This document shows, one piece after another, positions 34,001 through 47,400 of a DNA stretch of 64,000 nucleotides. Where the stretch lies: the NCBI GenBank assembly GCA_964270895.1, contig OZ185440.1. One strand, given 5' to 3'. The position numbers were made by a program, and so were the translations under genes. Below the pieces are notes generated by a model. It searched no databases. It was not told the DNA's origin and saw only the letters and a list, made by a program, of their open reading frames with translations. Positions within the stretch are counted from its first letter, which is position 1. The number at the start of each line of letters is the position of its first letter. The DNA comes from Podarcis filfolensis. Taxonomy: Eukaryota.

Positions 34001-36117
34001 TGCAAGTGGTTGTACAGAAGCAGCTGCAGCCAACACTGGAGAGGAAAGTGTAGAGTAAGTTTCTCCTTATTTTAAGAAGCACAAAATTCAGGGTGGGATA
34101 CATCTAAAAGCCCTGTCAGCAGAAGCCCTGTGCGTAACAGACTTTCTTCATTTCTTTCCCTCCCCTGCAATTGGCTGTGAGAGGCATGCCAGCGGAGGCA
34201 GATTGGTCCCCCTGGCAAGCTGATACACTTGCACAGGCAGAACGTTTGTAATATCACAATGCCGAATTCCACCCTCAGATTACAACTAAGACTTTAAAAG
34301 TATCAGGGCAAACTCTATTGAAAATTTATAATACGTTACAAAATAGAAAACCAAGGTTTACAAAATTTGATTCTGTTGCAAGAATACAGTTCCTAATAAG
34401 CAGTCTTTCACATTCAAATTTTTAAAAACTGGAGTTCTAGTTCAAAGGCTTTAATATGGGCAAGGAGGTCAGGATATATATTTTGCATTCAATTTGTTGA
34501 GCACTGTGCTAACAAGTAAACTGACTGCATTATGTCCCTGTCAAGAAGCACCAAGTAACTTGAACAGCGATCTGAATTCACGGGTTGTAATAAACTAAGT
34601 CCTACTTAGAGCAGAGGTGCCAAAGTTAATGAACCTAATTTTAACATGCCTTATTAACTTGAATAGGCCTACTCCCACCCCCATTTCTGAGGACAAGATA
34701 CTGTCTGAAACATATAGGGAGGAATTCAACATTGTGCTAAGCAGATTGCTCTGTTGGAATTTCTGATGCAATGATCTCTCTTTTTCTCCCCCTGTGCACT
34801 GTTTCCAGGGTGTTCCCTGCCCCTCAACCAATTTAGGAGAAGGATAAGTTCTTGCAAAGGCTTCCATTGGCAGGGCTTGTTATTTGAATATTGCACATAC
34901 ATTGCCCTGGGGGGTGTCAAAGGGGCTCCAATAAAACAACATATGGCTCCTTTAACTAGGGAGACTGACAACTGTTTATTTCTTCCTTCATCTTGCACCA
35001 GACAAATAAGTTTGCATAAATGTCCTTAGATCAAAAGAACCTATGCTTTACAAAATTAAGATCCAACTCAGAAATGGCCCTGGAGCAAGTAGAGTACAAC
35101 TGAGTGGACTGCCTGAGAACAATAAGACTACACCCAAAATCCCAATAGTGTATGTATAGGTTTTTGAGTGTCAGCACGTCCATACCAGAATTGGTGAAAA
35201 ATGAAATTCTTTCAGAAGAGGAACTGGAAAATAGAAATAAATCTTTTCTATCTGACCCAGTGCTTTATTATTTACTTTAACAAAAGACAACAGCTCAAAT
35301 GTCATCTTCATACTGGATCAACTAATATCACCTTATCTTAACTAGGTGAGCATCCATTTCTCCTTGCTACCAAGTTCTGTAGCCAAGTATGATAGGCTGA
35401 ATGCAGTGGAAGTTTTCTCCTGTGTCCAAGGCTTGGACAGGGAAAGAAACAGGATAAATTCATGCTGTATTTTTTCTTATCCAAACTGTTGGGAACTGTC
35501 TAAAGCTTCTGAGAGTTCCTCTCGTAAGTAGTAAGGAGCACTTGTCCTTGCTCTCAGGCAGGTGGAATTGTAAATGCCTGTCTTTCTAGCAATACACAAC
35601 TCTATTCAAAATCAGTCTCACCTTCACTCTGCTGTGAAAGTCGTGTCTGTAAATCTAAAGAAAAATATTGAAGAGAACATTTCAATATAATATTTGGAAT
35701 GCAAATTTCTCTCTCACACCCCTTAATGCTCTAAAGAGTACCAACCATTCCTCTAAGAAAATTTGTCACTGTGTATTGCATAAGCTAGCAGACAAGAAGC
35801 AATAAAAGAAAGCGGTCATATGAAAATTTCACAAGCAATTCAAGACTGGTTATGCGAAATGTGTCCTGTATATCCTGCCTATTCTGGACACGATTATATG
35901 TAGTCTCTCTGAAAGAACAGGTTCATAATTCAGGGATTCTCTGTCACTTTAGGCTCAGGTAGACTCAGTGACCAGGAGTGCCTTTTACAAGTTATGGTTA
36001 TCAACTATGGCTGTTCTTGGACAGGGATAGCCTGATCACTAGTAGCCTCAAAACTCATTACTACAATGTGCTCTATGTGGGGCTATAATTGGGCAGGGTA
36101 TGTATGTATAAATAAAT

Positions 36118-36165
<48 letters not shown>

Positions 36166-39100
36166 CATCATCAAAATCAGTCTAGAAGCTCCAGCAGGTG
36201 CTAAATTCTGTGGCTAGAATGCTAGTAGGGACAGATTATCAGCAGCACATAAATCTGGCACTTCAAAGCTCACACTGGCTGTCCATGTTACTAGGCCAAG
36301 TTCAAGGTTCTTGTATAATTTACAAAGCCCTTAACATTCTGAGGCCAGGATACCTTATATCCCTGCTTGATCTCTGAAATCTTCAGAGTAATCTGTTTTA
36401 GTGGTCTCCCATGGCTCAGATACGCAGTTCATATCCCCCTGGAGCTGCACATTCAGTACTGTGGGCCTGATTCTGTAGAACTCCCTCACAACTGATATTA
36501 TACAGGGCCCTCTGATAGTTGAACTTCAGGTGCCTGAAAACCTTTCTATTTCAGCAGGCATTTAAATACATTCTGTTTTTATGATTAATTTTATTTCCTG
36601 CATAAAATTTTATTCACTGTTACTTTTGTAATCTGTTTGTACCCCGCTTAGCAATTTCTGTGACTAAGTGGTATATAATTGAAATAAATTAAATAAAGTG
36701 ATACAGATAATTGCTGTGGTTGTGCAAATCAGCTAACATATCATAATCAACAGGTGAGTAAGTTATCTTCCTTAAGAATAACTTCCAGAATACAGTATTT
36801 AGAAAAAACAATTTTACCTGCTACAGCGCTAAATGCTAATGATCCACTCATCTGCAGAGCTTGCTGTGCTGCTGGAGGAATTTGCAAGCCAGTACCTGGA
36901 ATAGAAAGCCATTAATCTATCTTGTGCTAGAGGCTCTACATTTAACTAGGATACTAAAATTATGAAAAATTGTTTTGTGCTACAAGTACAAACCAGAATG
37001 AGCCCAATCAAAGTTACTAGCTTTACAGTTATCCCTTCCCACTTCTACAAGGTTTGGGAAGACTTCTGCTGTGTTTAATTTCCAGACAGCACAGTTTAAT
37101 AACAAACTCTGATTAGTTAAAGCCAGTGTCATTACCCATGGTTTAAAGTTTACTAACTTTGAAGCTTACAAGTTTATTTTAAACCTTGATTCTGATTAAC
37201 ACCTCATAACAAGCTAGGATTCACAAAACTCAAAGAAAATGCAGCAGGCATTTATTTCCCAGCTGCACAGGAGGAGGAAAGAGAAATAGGAAGTGCAGCT
37301 TTAGGTTTGTTCACCTCATGCCCATAGTACTAAATCATGGTTATATCACTGTATGCAAACCAGCTTAAAGTCTTGGGAATCAATGTAGCCAAACTAGAAG
37401 GTCTACAACATGGAGATGACTATGTCCCACTTAGCTAGAAAAACTTGGCAGTGAGCTTTCCTTTAGACTGAAATCATATAGTAGTATGCTAAAAAAATAC
37501 GTTAGAAGAAAATACCATATGTACTATGCTTTTTACAAATGTACTTACCCTCAGCAAGTCTTGCCATCAACTGAAGACGGCCAGTTGTTCCCAAGTCAAT
37601 TCCAGTCCTTTCCAGTTCATCACTGTCCAAAAACGAGCTAGCACTGGATGCATCTGTACGTTCAGTTACATGACCTACTTTCATTGGCCTGCCAGCTAGT
37701 TCAAACCCATTTAGTTGTTCCAAGGCCTTTTTAGCACACTCAGAGTCTGAAAACTAAACAAATTAATCTATGGTCATTTAAAATTCAGTTGTTAGCAGAC
37801 TTTTATTTCAGCATTTATTTTTTAAAAAATGAAACTATTAAGTTTCAGTCATCAAGCTAATACTAGAACCCTTCAAATAACTGGTTTAGTGTGACAGAAG
37901 CCACAATTTTTTTGATTTTTTTGCTATAAAACCGATAGGTACAGACATTTACATGGGAGCCCAAACTAACTACCAGGCAATGCAAACCATGGCATACTTC
38001 CACCGGGTTTAAGGGGTTGTAGAGTTTGTCAACTTGATGTTTGCATTTAGTAATTTTATGTAACTTGAGAAGTTGCACACTTGTCTATGGACAATTTTGC
38101 CTTCATCCTTTCATTTTCAATTTGCTTTTATCAACACAGCAACATACAGTTGTACCTTGGAAGTCGAACGAAATCCGTTCCGGAAGTCCGTTCAACTTCC
38201 AAAACGTTCGGAAACCAAAGCTGCAGAAGCCCCGTTGGGCATTCGGGTTTCAAAGAATATTTGCAAACCAGAATACTCACTTCCGGGTTTGCAGCATTTG
38301 GGAGCCAAAACGTCCAAGTACCAAGGCATTCAGGATCCATGATATGACTGTACTCTACTGAATGCTATTATCTGGTAGTGAAGCAGCCATCTTCATTTAG
38401 CACACTCCAACTTGAAGTCCAGTACAATAGCAGTGGTTGCTCATGTTTAATAAAAACTGGAATTATTCTACCATTGTGAACATGCCCAAAACTTGGGGCT
38501 TAGTACCTAACTTTCAGAATTATTCATGTTTATGACTTAAAATATTTTATCTTCAACTTCTTTCAGGGCACATTATAAAAGGTGTGGTACATATTGTAAT
38601 TTTACACATGTAAACTAAAACTAAGTTAAGGATCGCAAGTCTAAAAAAATCAGAACGTCTTAAGATCTAAGAATTTTTACTTGGAAACAATATATTCAAT
38701 TGACATCAGTAGAACCTGTTTGCCACAATAAACTTTATAAACTTACAGTAATAAATCCATATCCTTTGGAACGTCCAGTTTCACTGTCCATCATCAGCTG
38801 AATGCTTTCAATCTGCAAAGACCAGTACTAATTAGTATATAAGACCTACTGTCATCAATTTTTATTTTATAGAACAGGATGTAGAAGAAAACAAAGTCTG
38901 TTTGTCCAGGACCATAATGCAAATTGGAATATGCACAGAATGTTCTAATAGCTCCCCTGGATATTTGAAATCCTCAAGATTTGGATCGTGAAATCCTAAA
39001 GAATAGATGTGTCACACATAATACTAAATCATACTTTGGTGCTATGCCTAAGTGCTCCGTTCTCAGACCATCAACTGCAGTTACAACCAAACATTCCAAT

Positions 39101-41382
39101 TGTGATATTGCCTGAAAACTGGGACTGTAAGTTGGAGAGTGTGAGGAGGAAAGGGAGCACAAGATGTGATCCCATGGTGCAATACCACGGTTTGATGTTA
39201 TCACAGTGTTGTTGAAAGCACAAACCAGAATAATATTGCAGTTAGACAGATGAAATATTATTTTAATTTTTACAATCTGCTATGAAAGCAGTCTACGCAA
39301 CTTGGCATCCACTACTATAGAAGTGCAACTGTAAGTTACTCAATCAAGACTGGTCTTTAGGATCAAATGAATACATGTAGTTTTTATTTCTCCTTGAACT
39401 AACATTTTTTAAAATCAGAGAAAGGAAGCTGGCCAATTAAACCTTTCAGGAATTCATAATTCTGTCACTACTACTAGGTGCAGTTGTCCCCAATGAACTA
39501 AAAAACTTACCCGCCCAAAAGGTTCAAAGATTCCACGAAGCATATCTTCAGTTATATTGAAGTGTAATGATCCCACATAGAGTCTCATGGGGCCTGCACT
39601 TCCTTTTTGTAGGTTATTAGCCATTGCTGCTGCTCTGTTTTTCTCTGCCTAGAAAAGTTATCCCAAATAGAAACAATACACATTACTAAATAAAGTTTAA
39701 CAGTTAACTGTCCTACATTTAACTGAGGAATGCTTCAGACTGTATTCAAAACTGGGTGGGTGTGGGAGGGAGAGGGAGACGGAGAGGGAGAAGGAGAAGG
39801 AGAGAGAAGTACACTACAGAGTAGGTCAAGTTCAAAAATTGCATTCTTACATTAAGCAAAAAAACAAAGCATGCATATTAGCAGAAGCCCACCAACTCAC
39901 TGTATGTTTAGTGCACTCAAAAATAAATACTAAAAAAAAAAGGGGGGGGGCTTCCAATTATTCAAGATTAGGAGTTTGCTGTCATCACCAGTATTTTTAG
40001 TGCCAAACAAGTTTTAACTAAGCATTCACCATCTTAAAAATGCAACTGTTGATAAATTAGAAGTGATTTCCACCTTTTGGTCTACTATCAAATACTGTTT
40101 ATTGTAAGTAACTAGGCACAAGCGTTAAGAAATATACTACTATTATTATTAACAATAATATTCAAGTAGATGGCATTTAAATTTGCAAATAGGCATGCTA
40201 GTTTATTCTAATAAACTTTTTTATCTGCCATCTCTGTCTCTTAGCTGTTATCAATCATTGTTTGGTCAAACTACTTTTGAAAAGTCCCCTAATCTTCAAC
40301 AGCACTTTGAGGTATGGCACAGGTTGACAAACTCAAACAAGTGAAGTAAAAAATATACTGGACATATTCAAGCTCCTTGTATAACCCTAAATGACACTTC
40401 AGATCTATCCAGAGTTGAGAATAGAATGTAAGGACTCGATCACAAGTGACTCAATAGAATTGTAGAGTTGCAAGGGACCCGGAGGGTCATCTACTCCACC
40501 CCCTGCAATGCAAGAATAAAGTGCACATGAAGTAAGATTTACTGATCATAAAGGAGCTAGAACAGAAATTAGTATCAACTTACTTGAGATGCTTGTACAA
40601 TAATTGGTACCCCCAAAACTCGTTGTCCTGTTAATCCAATTGCCAAAGGTACTGAACTAACGTCAACAAATTCCACATAAGCAATTCCCTTGGAACGTCT
40701 GGAGTTTCTGTCTGAAATCATGCGTACATCACGGACCTAGAAAGATGGGAACAGTTAAAACTTGTTTTACCTATTTGAAAAGTTTAATCTGCATTTCCTA
40801 CAGAGTGCCTTCAAATTAAAAATTATGTTTGAAACAAAATTGAATCATTTTTCAATCCTCTCTCATGCCTGCAGATAAACTTGTGAAAACATACAAGCAG
40901 TGCCATTTTTCAGTATTCAAGGAATGGTGCTTCAATGCCCTAACAGCTACCCTACTGTCCCTCAAAGACTTTCAATTGTTCCTTCAAATAATTAGCCAAG
41001 TATTTTCCAAATTTTGCTACAATGTTACCATCTTATTTTGAAAGAAAGACACAAAACAGGGACATACTGAGGAAGCCAGCTTGCCTTCATTCCTGACACC
41101 CGCTCTGCACTGCGCTCGGGGGTGTGTGTGTTAGAGCACCGGGAGGGGGGTGAGGGGGACACAGTGCCCTGAGGGAGGGCTGGTGTCTATGTGTGTGGGG
41201 GGGGTGTTCCCGCAGGGTACTAACTTAGGGATGGGGCATGACTGGACTCGAAACAAAAAGATGCAGAAGGAGAAAGACTGAGGTGGAGGGAAAGAGTGAG
41301 GATGCCGTGTGTGTGTGTGAGGGGGGGGAGGGAGGCAGGGAAGGAGAATCGCAGAGCAAGGAAGAAGCTACTCAGAAGAGTT

Positions 41383-41446
<64 letters not shown>

Positions 41447-44400
41447 AAAGCTGGCTTCTCAGATCTGTGCAAACTAATATAAAAATATAGTTTGACTTTT
41501 CTCACTTGCTTAGTTACTTGTTCATCTAGTAACTATTTGGATCTATCATGATGATATCCAAACAAAACTACTGTATCTGTGAAATAAAGATCCCTTTATC
41601 ACGCTCTCTATTTTAAATGACTTTGGAGGGTAGTAGATCGCCGCCAGTTTGATACTTGTTGGTAGATTGCAACCTACTTGAGGTTGGACATGCCTGTTCT
41701 AGACAATCTGGTGTATTAACAACTGTGAAACTTTCAGAGTCAAAAGTGTCAGCATCTTACACCATCAGAAAAGCAAGCAAATTATGGATGGATCCTGAGA
41801 TTCTGTTTTTGCCAAATCCCCTCTCCCCACACCCCTGAAAGTCTACTCCAGAGGGGAAGAGAGGGAAATCAACAAAACTGCCTTTCCCCCTGACGTTAGA
41901 TGGAGGCTGCACAGAATGGCACCTTAGGATCCAATCACATTTTTTTGCCAACACGCACAAGTTACTTACTTTCTCCTGTTTCCAAAGTGTTGCAAAAATA
42001 ATGGAACAGGACAATCCTACTGTAACTTGGTCTTGTGTATGTCAGACATGTCCAATCAGTCAACCGCAATCAACCAATAGATCACAGGAGTGATCCTAGT
42101 CGATCGTGGGATTAAATAAAGTGGGCAAGGAATGTCGCCGCCCCTTCCCCTGGCTCCTGCCGCAGCCGCAGCCGCAGCCGCAGGGAAGGCAAGCACAAGG
42201 AATGTTGCCCAGCTCAACCTTCCCGCCAGCAGCAGGACCCAGCGCCAGGGGGAGGGACATTCCTTGCCTGCTTACTTGCTGTCCAGCCCGGTTGCAGTGG
42301 CGGCCCCATACGTCCCTCCACCGCTGGGAAGGCAGGGTTGTGCGATATTCCTTGCGCTTGCTGCCCGGCCTTCACTGCTGCAGCAGCGGCCCTGGGTCCC
42401 TCCACTGCCGCCGGGAAGGCCAGGCCGGGCAGCAAGTGCAAGGAATGTCACCCAGCCTAGCCATCACTGCTGCAGTGGTGGCCCTGGCACTGGGTCCCCC
42501 TGCCGCCGCAGGGAAGACCAGGACAGGTGGAAAGAACAAGGAATGTCGCCTGGCCCAGTCTTCCCGGATGTGGGGGTAAAAGGGGGGGGCAGGCACGATC
42601 GGGATGCACATCAGCTATGCGGCTACCTTTGATGGGGGGGGAGAGAAAGGGCTGCGGGGGGATGGAGAGCTGGATAAGTGGAGGGAGAGGGGCTGGTTGG
42701 GGGTGGGAAGAGAGAGAACTTTTGCCTCCCTTTCCTTCCCACCCCCACTTAAACTCCCCCCTCCCGCATCCACTTAGCTACCTCCTTCCACACACGCACC
42801 CCACACATGTACCTCGTCCCTCCAAAGACAATGGGTAGATCACTGCCTGCATTTTAAACTGGGAATAGATCGCAGTCTCTTGTGAGTTGGTCGTGCCTGG
42901 TCTATGTTATTTTAGCTAGCAAGTCCTCATGTGGAAACTTCTTTAGATTTAGGCTAAAAATTCAGCAGCTCAATCTTGCAAATCATCCCAAATACACCAC
43001 TGTATCTTAAATGGAATTTAATATACAGAAAGTTTGAAAAAATTCTGCCCAGTTATTCTGCTTTAAAAATATTAGGATGACACCAGAAGAAATTTGAGTT
43101 ATTGACGCCTCACCTTTCCTACAGTAGAGAAAAACTCTTCCAAATCTCTTGGCCTAATTCTTGCAGCAAGCTGCATACAGAATACTGTTCGAGCATCTCT
43201 CTCCTCTGGAGTTAGATTATCAATAGGTTCTCTGAAAATAATAGATAAACCATGGTCAGTAATTTTCAATTTTAAAAGATAATTTGAACATAATTTGTTC
43301 TGATATTCATTAAATCCATTTACACTCAGACACAGATGGAGGTTTAACATTCAAATAGCACATGCTTCAAGTAAGGCAGACAGGTACCCGTTTTTCAACT
43401 GCACCAGATATCTACAGTCCCCTTTAATGAGATGTGTCAATGTCTCAATATCTCAGAATTCATTATTTATAGTGCAAAAAAGGTATTGCCCTCAGAAAAG
43501 GGCTCTTTCCTGTGTAATGTATATTCCTACCCCAATATACAAGAATGTGTAACGCAGATGAAAAAGACAAAATAGGGTTGGGAGAAGGTGCTCGGGGTTA
43601 ACAAAGGATGTTTTAGAGGTCTTGCACCCCGATTCTACAAGTATGCCTGGAAAAATCTGTTAATTTAATGGACATACTTCTAAGTACGTACACCTTACCT
43701 AATCCCAGCATTAGAAAGGAAATGCTTTTAACCTCAACGTACTTTAATAGTTGTGTATGTCTGAAATGAAAGAACGTATTCAGCCATTTTACAAATTTAT
43801 GTCTTTCGATATTCTATCCATACAAAGGCAGTAATCAGTATAGCACTGGGCAGCAAGAGAAATGCAATGATGCATAGAAAAAATGAAGACATATCACTGT
43901 ATTTATCAAGCTTAAGCAGAATAGCACTTTTTACACACAAAAATGCATTATCATATACTTTGCAACTGAAAGGCAGTATTACAAAATGTTTCAATCTCCC
44001 TCCAAACATTATTTACACCTTACCCTTGCAAAATGTCCACGTTTTGCGGACTATGGCAAGAATGGGAGTAAGGTCTAAACCTAACAGCACTCTGTTTGCA
44101 AAGTGACCATGACTCCAATTACAAGACTGCTAATCTATGCCTGACATTGTGATCACTCTTTAATTCAATCAATCCCCCTATTTTCAAAGCAAGTCCCCTA
44201 TATGTGGATAGGCCAGACAAGAACACACAGGGGCCGAGATCTATACATGGGTGCCGCTAGCAAATTTTGGCAGGAGAGATGAATTAACAAGCTTAAGCTC
44301 ACAGGAGCCCAAAGATAGTAACTAGGATGAATGCAAGAAAACAGCCCAATGCTTGTTTTCTTTCAGCCTGGCCTGATGGGGAATGACCCTAATTGCCTGC

Positions 44401-47400
44401 CGCAAGTACTGAATTAAGCAGTGAAGGATGGCTTTTCAAAAAATGGAAGAGCAGGCAGCTGAGGCTAACATGACATTTGCCCATTGGGTCCATGAAACTG
44501 CGAGTTAAGAATGATCTCTGTAGGCCATAACTGCACCCCAAGCTCCTGCAGCTTAGCTGCCATTTGGGTCATCTTACCCAATGTTTCCATAGAGCCTAAC
44601 TTAGGGAGACATTCCAGCGCCTCTACTCAGACCAGATAGTTCCTTCCTTCAGCAGAGGTTGTTCCCACAGACCTGAGACACATCAGTGTGGTATGGAGAA
44701 CAGCTGAAAGGAGCACAATATCTCTTGCTGCTCCATCTGTGAAAATTTTACAATAATCTACTTATAGCTCGGGATACGGGTGGCGCTGTGGGTTAAACCA
44801 CAGAGCCTAGGACTTGCCGATCAGAAGGTTGGCGGTTCGAATCCCCATGACGGGGTGAGCTCCCATTGCTCGGTCCCTGCTCCTGCCAACCTAGCAGTTC
44901 GAAAGCACATTAAAATAGGTACCGCTCCGGCGGGAAGGTAAATGGTGTTTCCGTGCGCTGCTCTGGTTCGCCAGAAGCGGCTTAGTCATGCTGGCCACAT
45001 GACCCAGAAGCTGTACGCCGGCTCCCTCAGCCAATAAAGCGAGATGAGCGCCGCAACCCCAGAGTCAGCCACGACTGGACCTAATGGTCATGGGTCCCTT
45101 TACCTTTACTTATAGCTCATTAATGTCAAATGCATAAGTCACCTTCACACAGAGGTGTATCACAGATGCCTTTCAAAGGACGTTCCTATTAATGGCCAGA
45201 GAAAGCAAAAGGTCGTACTACCAGCAATAAAAGAACATCAAATTCTGTAGTGCTACCAACATCCACAACACTTCAGAACTGCCACAATCAATCAAAATAG
45301 GTGCACTCTATGCTACTCATGCCAAATTAAAATACTAACAATAACCTTGGCTTGCAGAGGCAGCACACTAAACATGCACAGAGAGCATGTTCTGGAAGCT
45401 GAAAGATTTGCACAGAAAGCAACTGAGACACCTCATATAATATTCAACACTGCACAGTCAATTTAAACAGTAGTATTCAACTGCCTACCTCACAGGACTC
45501 TTGTCTTTTCTAAATGGACTTTTGCTCCTGGATCGTCGTCTACTGTGGAAAAAAGGATACAACCAATTATGAAGGTATTAAATACATCAAAATAGATAAT
45601 TAAATAGTCACCATAAAATAAGAGAAGCAAACCTTATTTTAATGTTGTGAGGCAAGCCAATCTTTCCTCTGATGGCACTGTTAAATTTTGGACCAGAACT
45701 AGATTAAAAAAAAAAGAAAGAAAATATATTACTAAGCAAGTTCATTATTGGCAGGAACAATCTTGAAAGAAACTAAATGCTAACTGGTGTTCACTTTACA
45801 AGTATATTTGAAAGCAAGTGGGATGCAGTAAGGCAGATATGTGAAGCATATCCAAAATTAACCTGAGATATCATTTTGACATTATGAGAAAGTCTGGGCT
45901 AGTTCTCAGATGATTTAGTGTGACATATATATGAACACGAAGGCGCGCAAGCAAAGTCTCAGGCTTGCATGGTCTGTCTTATCCTCCCCCTGCAAGGACT
46001 TTTAGTTTCATGGACTTGGCATTATGTATGAACCAAATATTGTTATTCCACCATTACAGTGATTACCCACTCTGATACTGCAAAAGAAAATTGTGTCACT
46101 GCTACAGTCATACTGTGATTTCAGATCCCACATGATACTGGAAGCAGATTTCTCTTAAGTTGTCTGCTTAAAAGTATTTTGAAAAACCTAAGCCCAGGTA
46201 CAGAAATGTATACATCTTAAAATTGAGGCTTATGCAGCTATATTAAAAGGTTAGTTTGCCTTTTTTAAAAAAATAAAACTTATACTTTTATTACATTTCC
46301 TGCTTATTCAGCAATGAAATATTAGAACTAAAACGACAATTTTGTGCAACATACTAGGGGCTTCTGTAACGGCCTCTGAATCGCCGTTCTCTACTTCTTG
46401 AACGGCTGCGTCTCCGTTCTTTACTTCTACTGCGCTTCCTCTCCCGACTTTTGCTCTTCTTCCTCTCACGATCACGACTTCGTTTGCGCTCCTTACTTCT
46501 ACTCCTCTTCCTGTCATGGCTACGACTTCTGCTCTTGCTCTTTTTTCTCCTGAACAGGACAAACAACACAAGTTTAGGTGTCTTTTTTTTTCAAAAGCAG
46601 CAAATAATAAGATCCACTTAAAAGTTAGACTATGAATTGGGTAGGTAGGCAAGTTTAAAAAATCCCCATCAAGTAAGTTATGGCAACTGCAGCATGAATG
46701 CAAATTTTCTTTATAATGTACATTATTTTTTAAATAATGCAATCATTCTTTAATCAAATTACATAATTTATTTTAATTCTCTCTAAACCATTTATACAAT
46801 AGTTAAAAGCAATGCACTGGGTATGTACAAGCCTTCAAGGTGACAGCACACATTCACAAGCATACCCTCAACCAGGATAAACATACGGGTACCTCACTCT
46901 TTAAAATATCTACCTTCCTCCTAGGAGGAGGAATATTTTATCAAACAGAAGACACAAAAATGTTTAAACTGCAGATAACTATACCTACCAAGTTCCTTTG
47001 GAGAAATGTCAGGTTCATAGTTGATTCTGAACTGTTCATTTAATGAGACTCTCTTTCCACTCTACTGCCTGCTCACGCTAGATATGTTCCAAATGGAGAA
47101 GGTCCCATTGGAGCAAGTAGCTTGGATCCCAGGTGCCCTTCTGCTAGCGGAAAGCCTCTTCCACTCACAGAAGGGCTGTTTCCGACCTAGCGGAAGAGCA
47201 TTGCATGAGAAAAGCAACCCCAAATCCAAAGAATTGCTTCTGTTTGCATAAGCTATTTTCAAGACATTATTACGGCCCACTAGTTTATCCTACAGCTTCC
47301 TTATTCACTATTTCTCTCATACTGTAGGCACAGTATGCTACCTTGTGCTGCTGGGCTTGTGAGAAATATTTTACCATCACTTGCAAGAAAATTCAAACAG

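Noticed and set aside
42106-42838. Overlapping 75-166 aa ORFs on both strands
   Set aside because: GC-rich interior of a non-autonomous hAT element; no transposase similarity.
44771-44850. tRNA-like A/B boxes (also in the Squam3-like copies)
   Set aside because: SINE heads; no acceptor stem or complete cloverleaf, so not tRNA genes.
46308-46742. 144-aa minus ORF spanning the RS exon
   Set aside because: Alternative frame of the purine-rich RS exon extended into introns.
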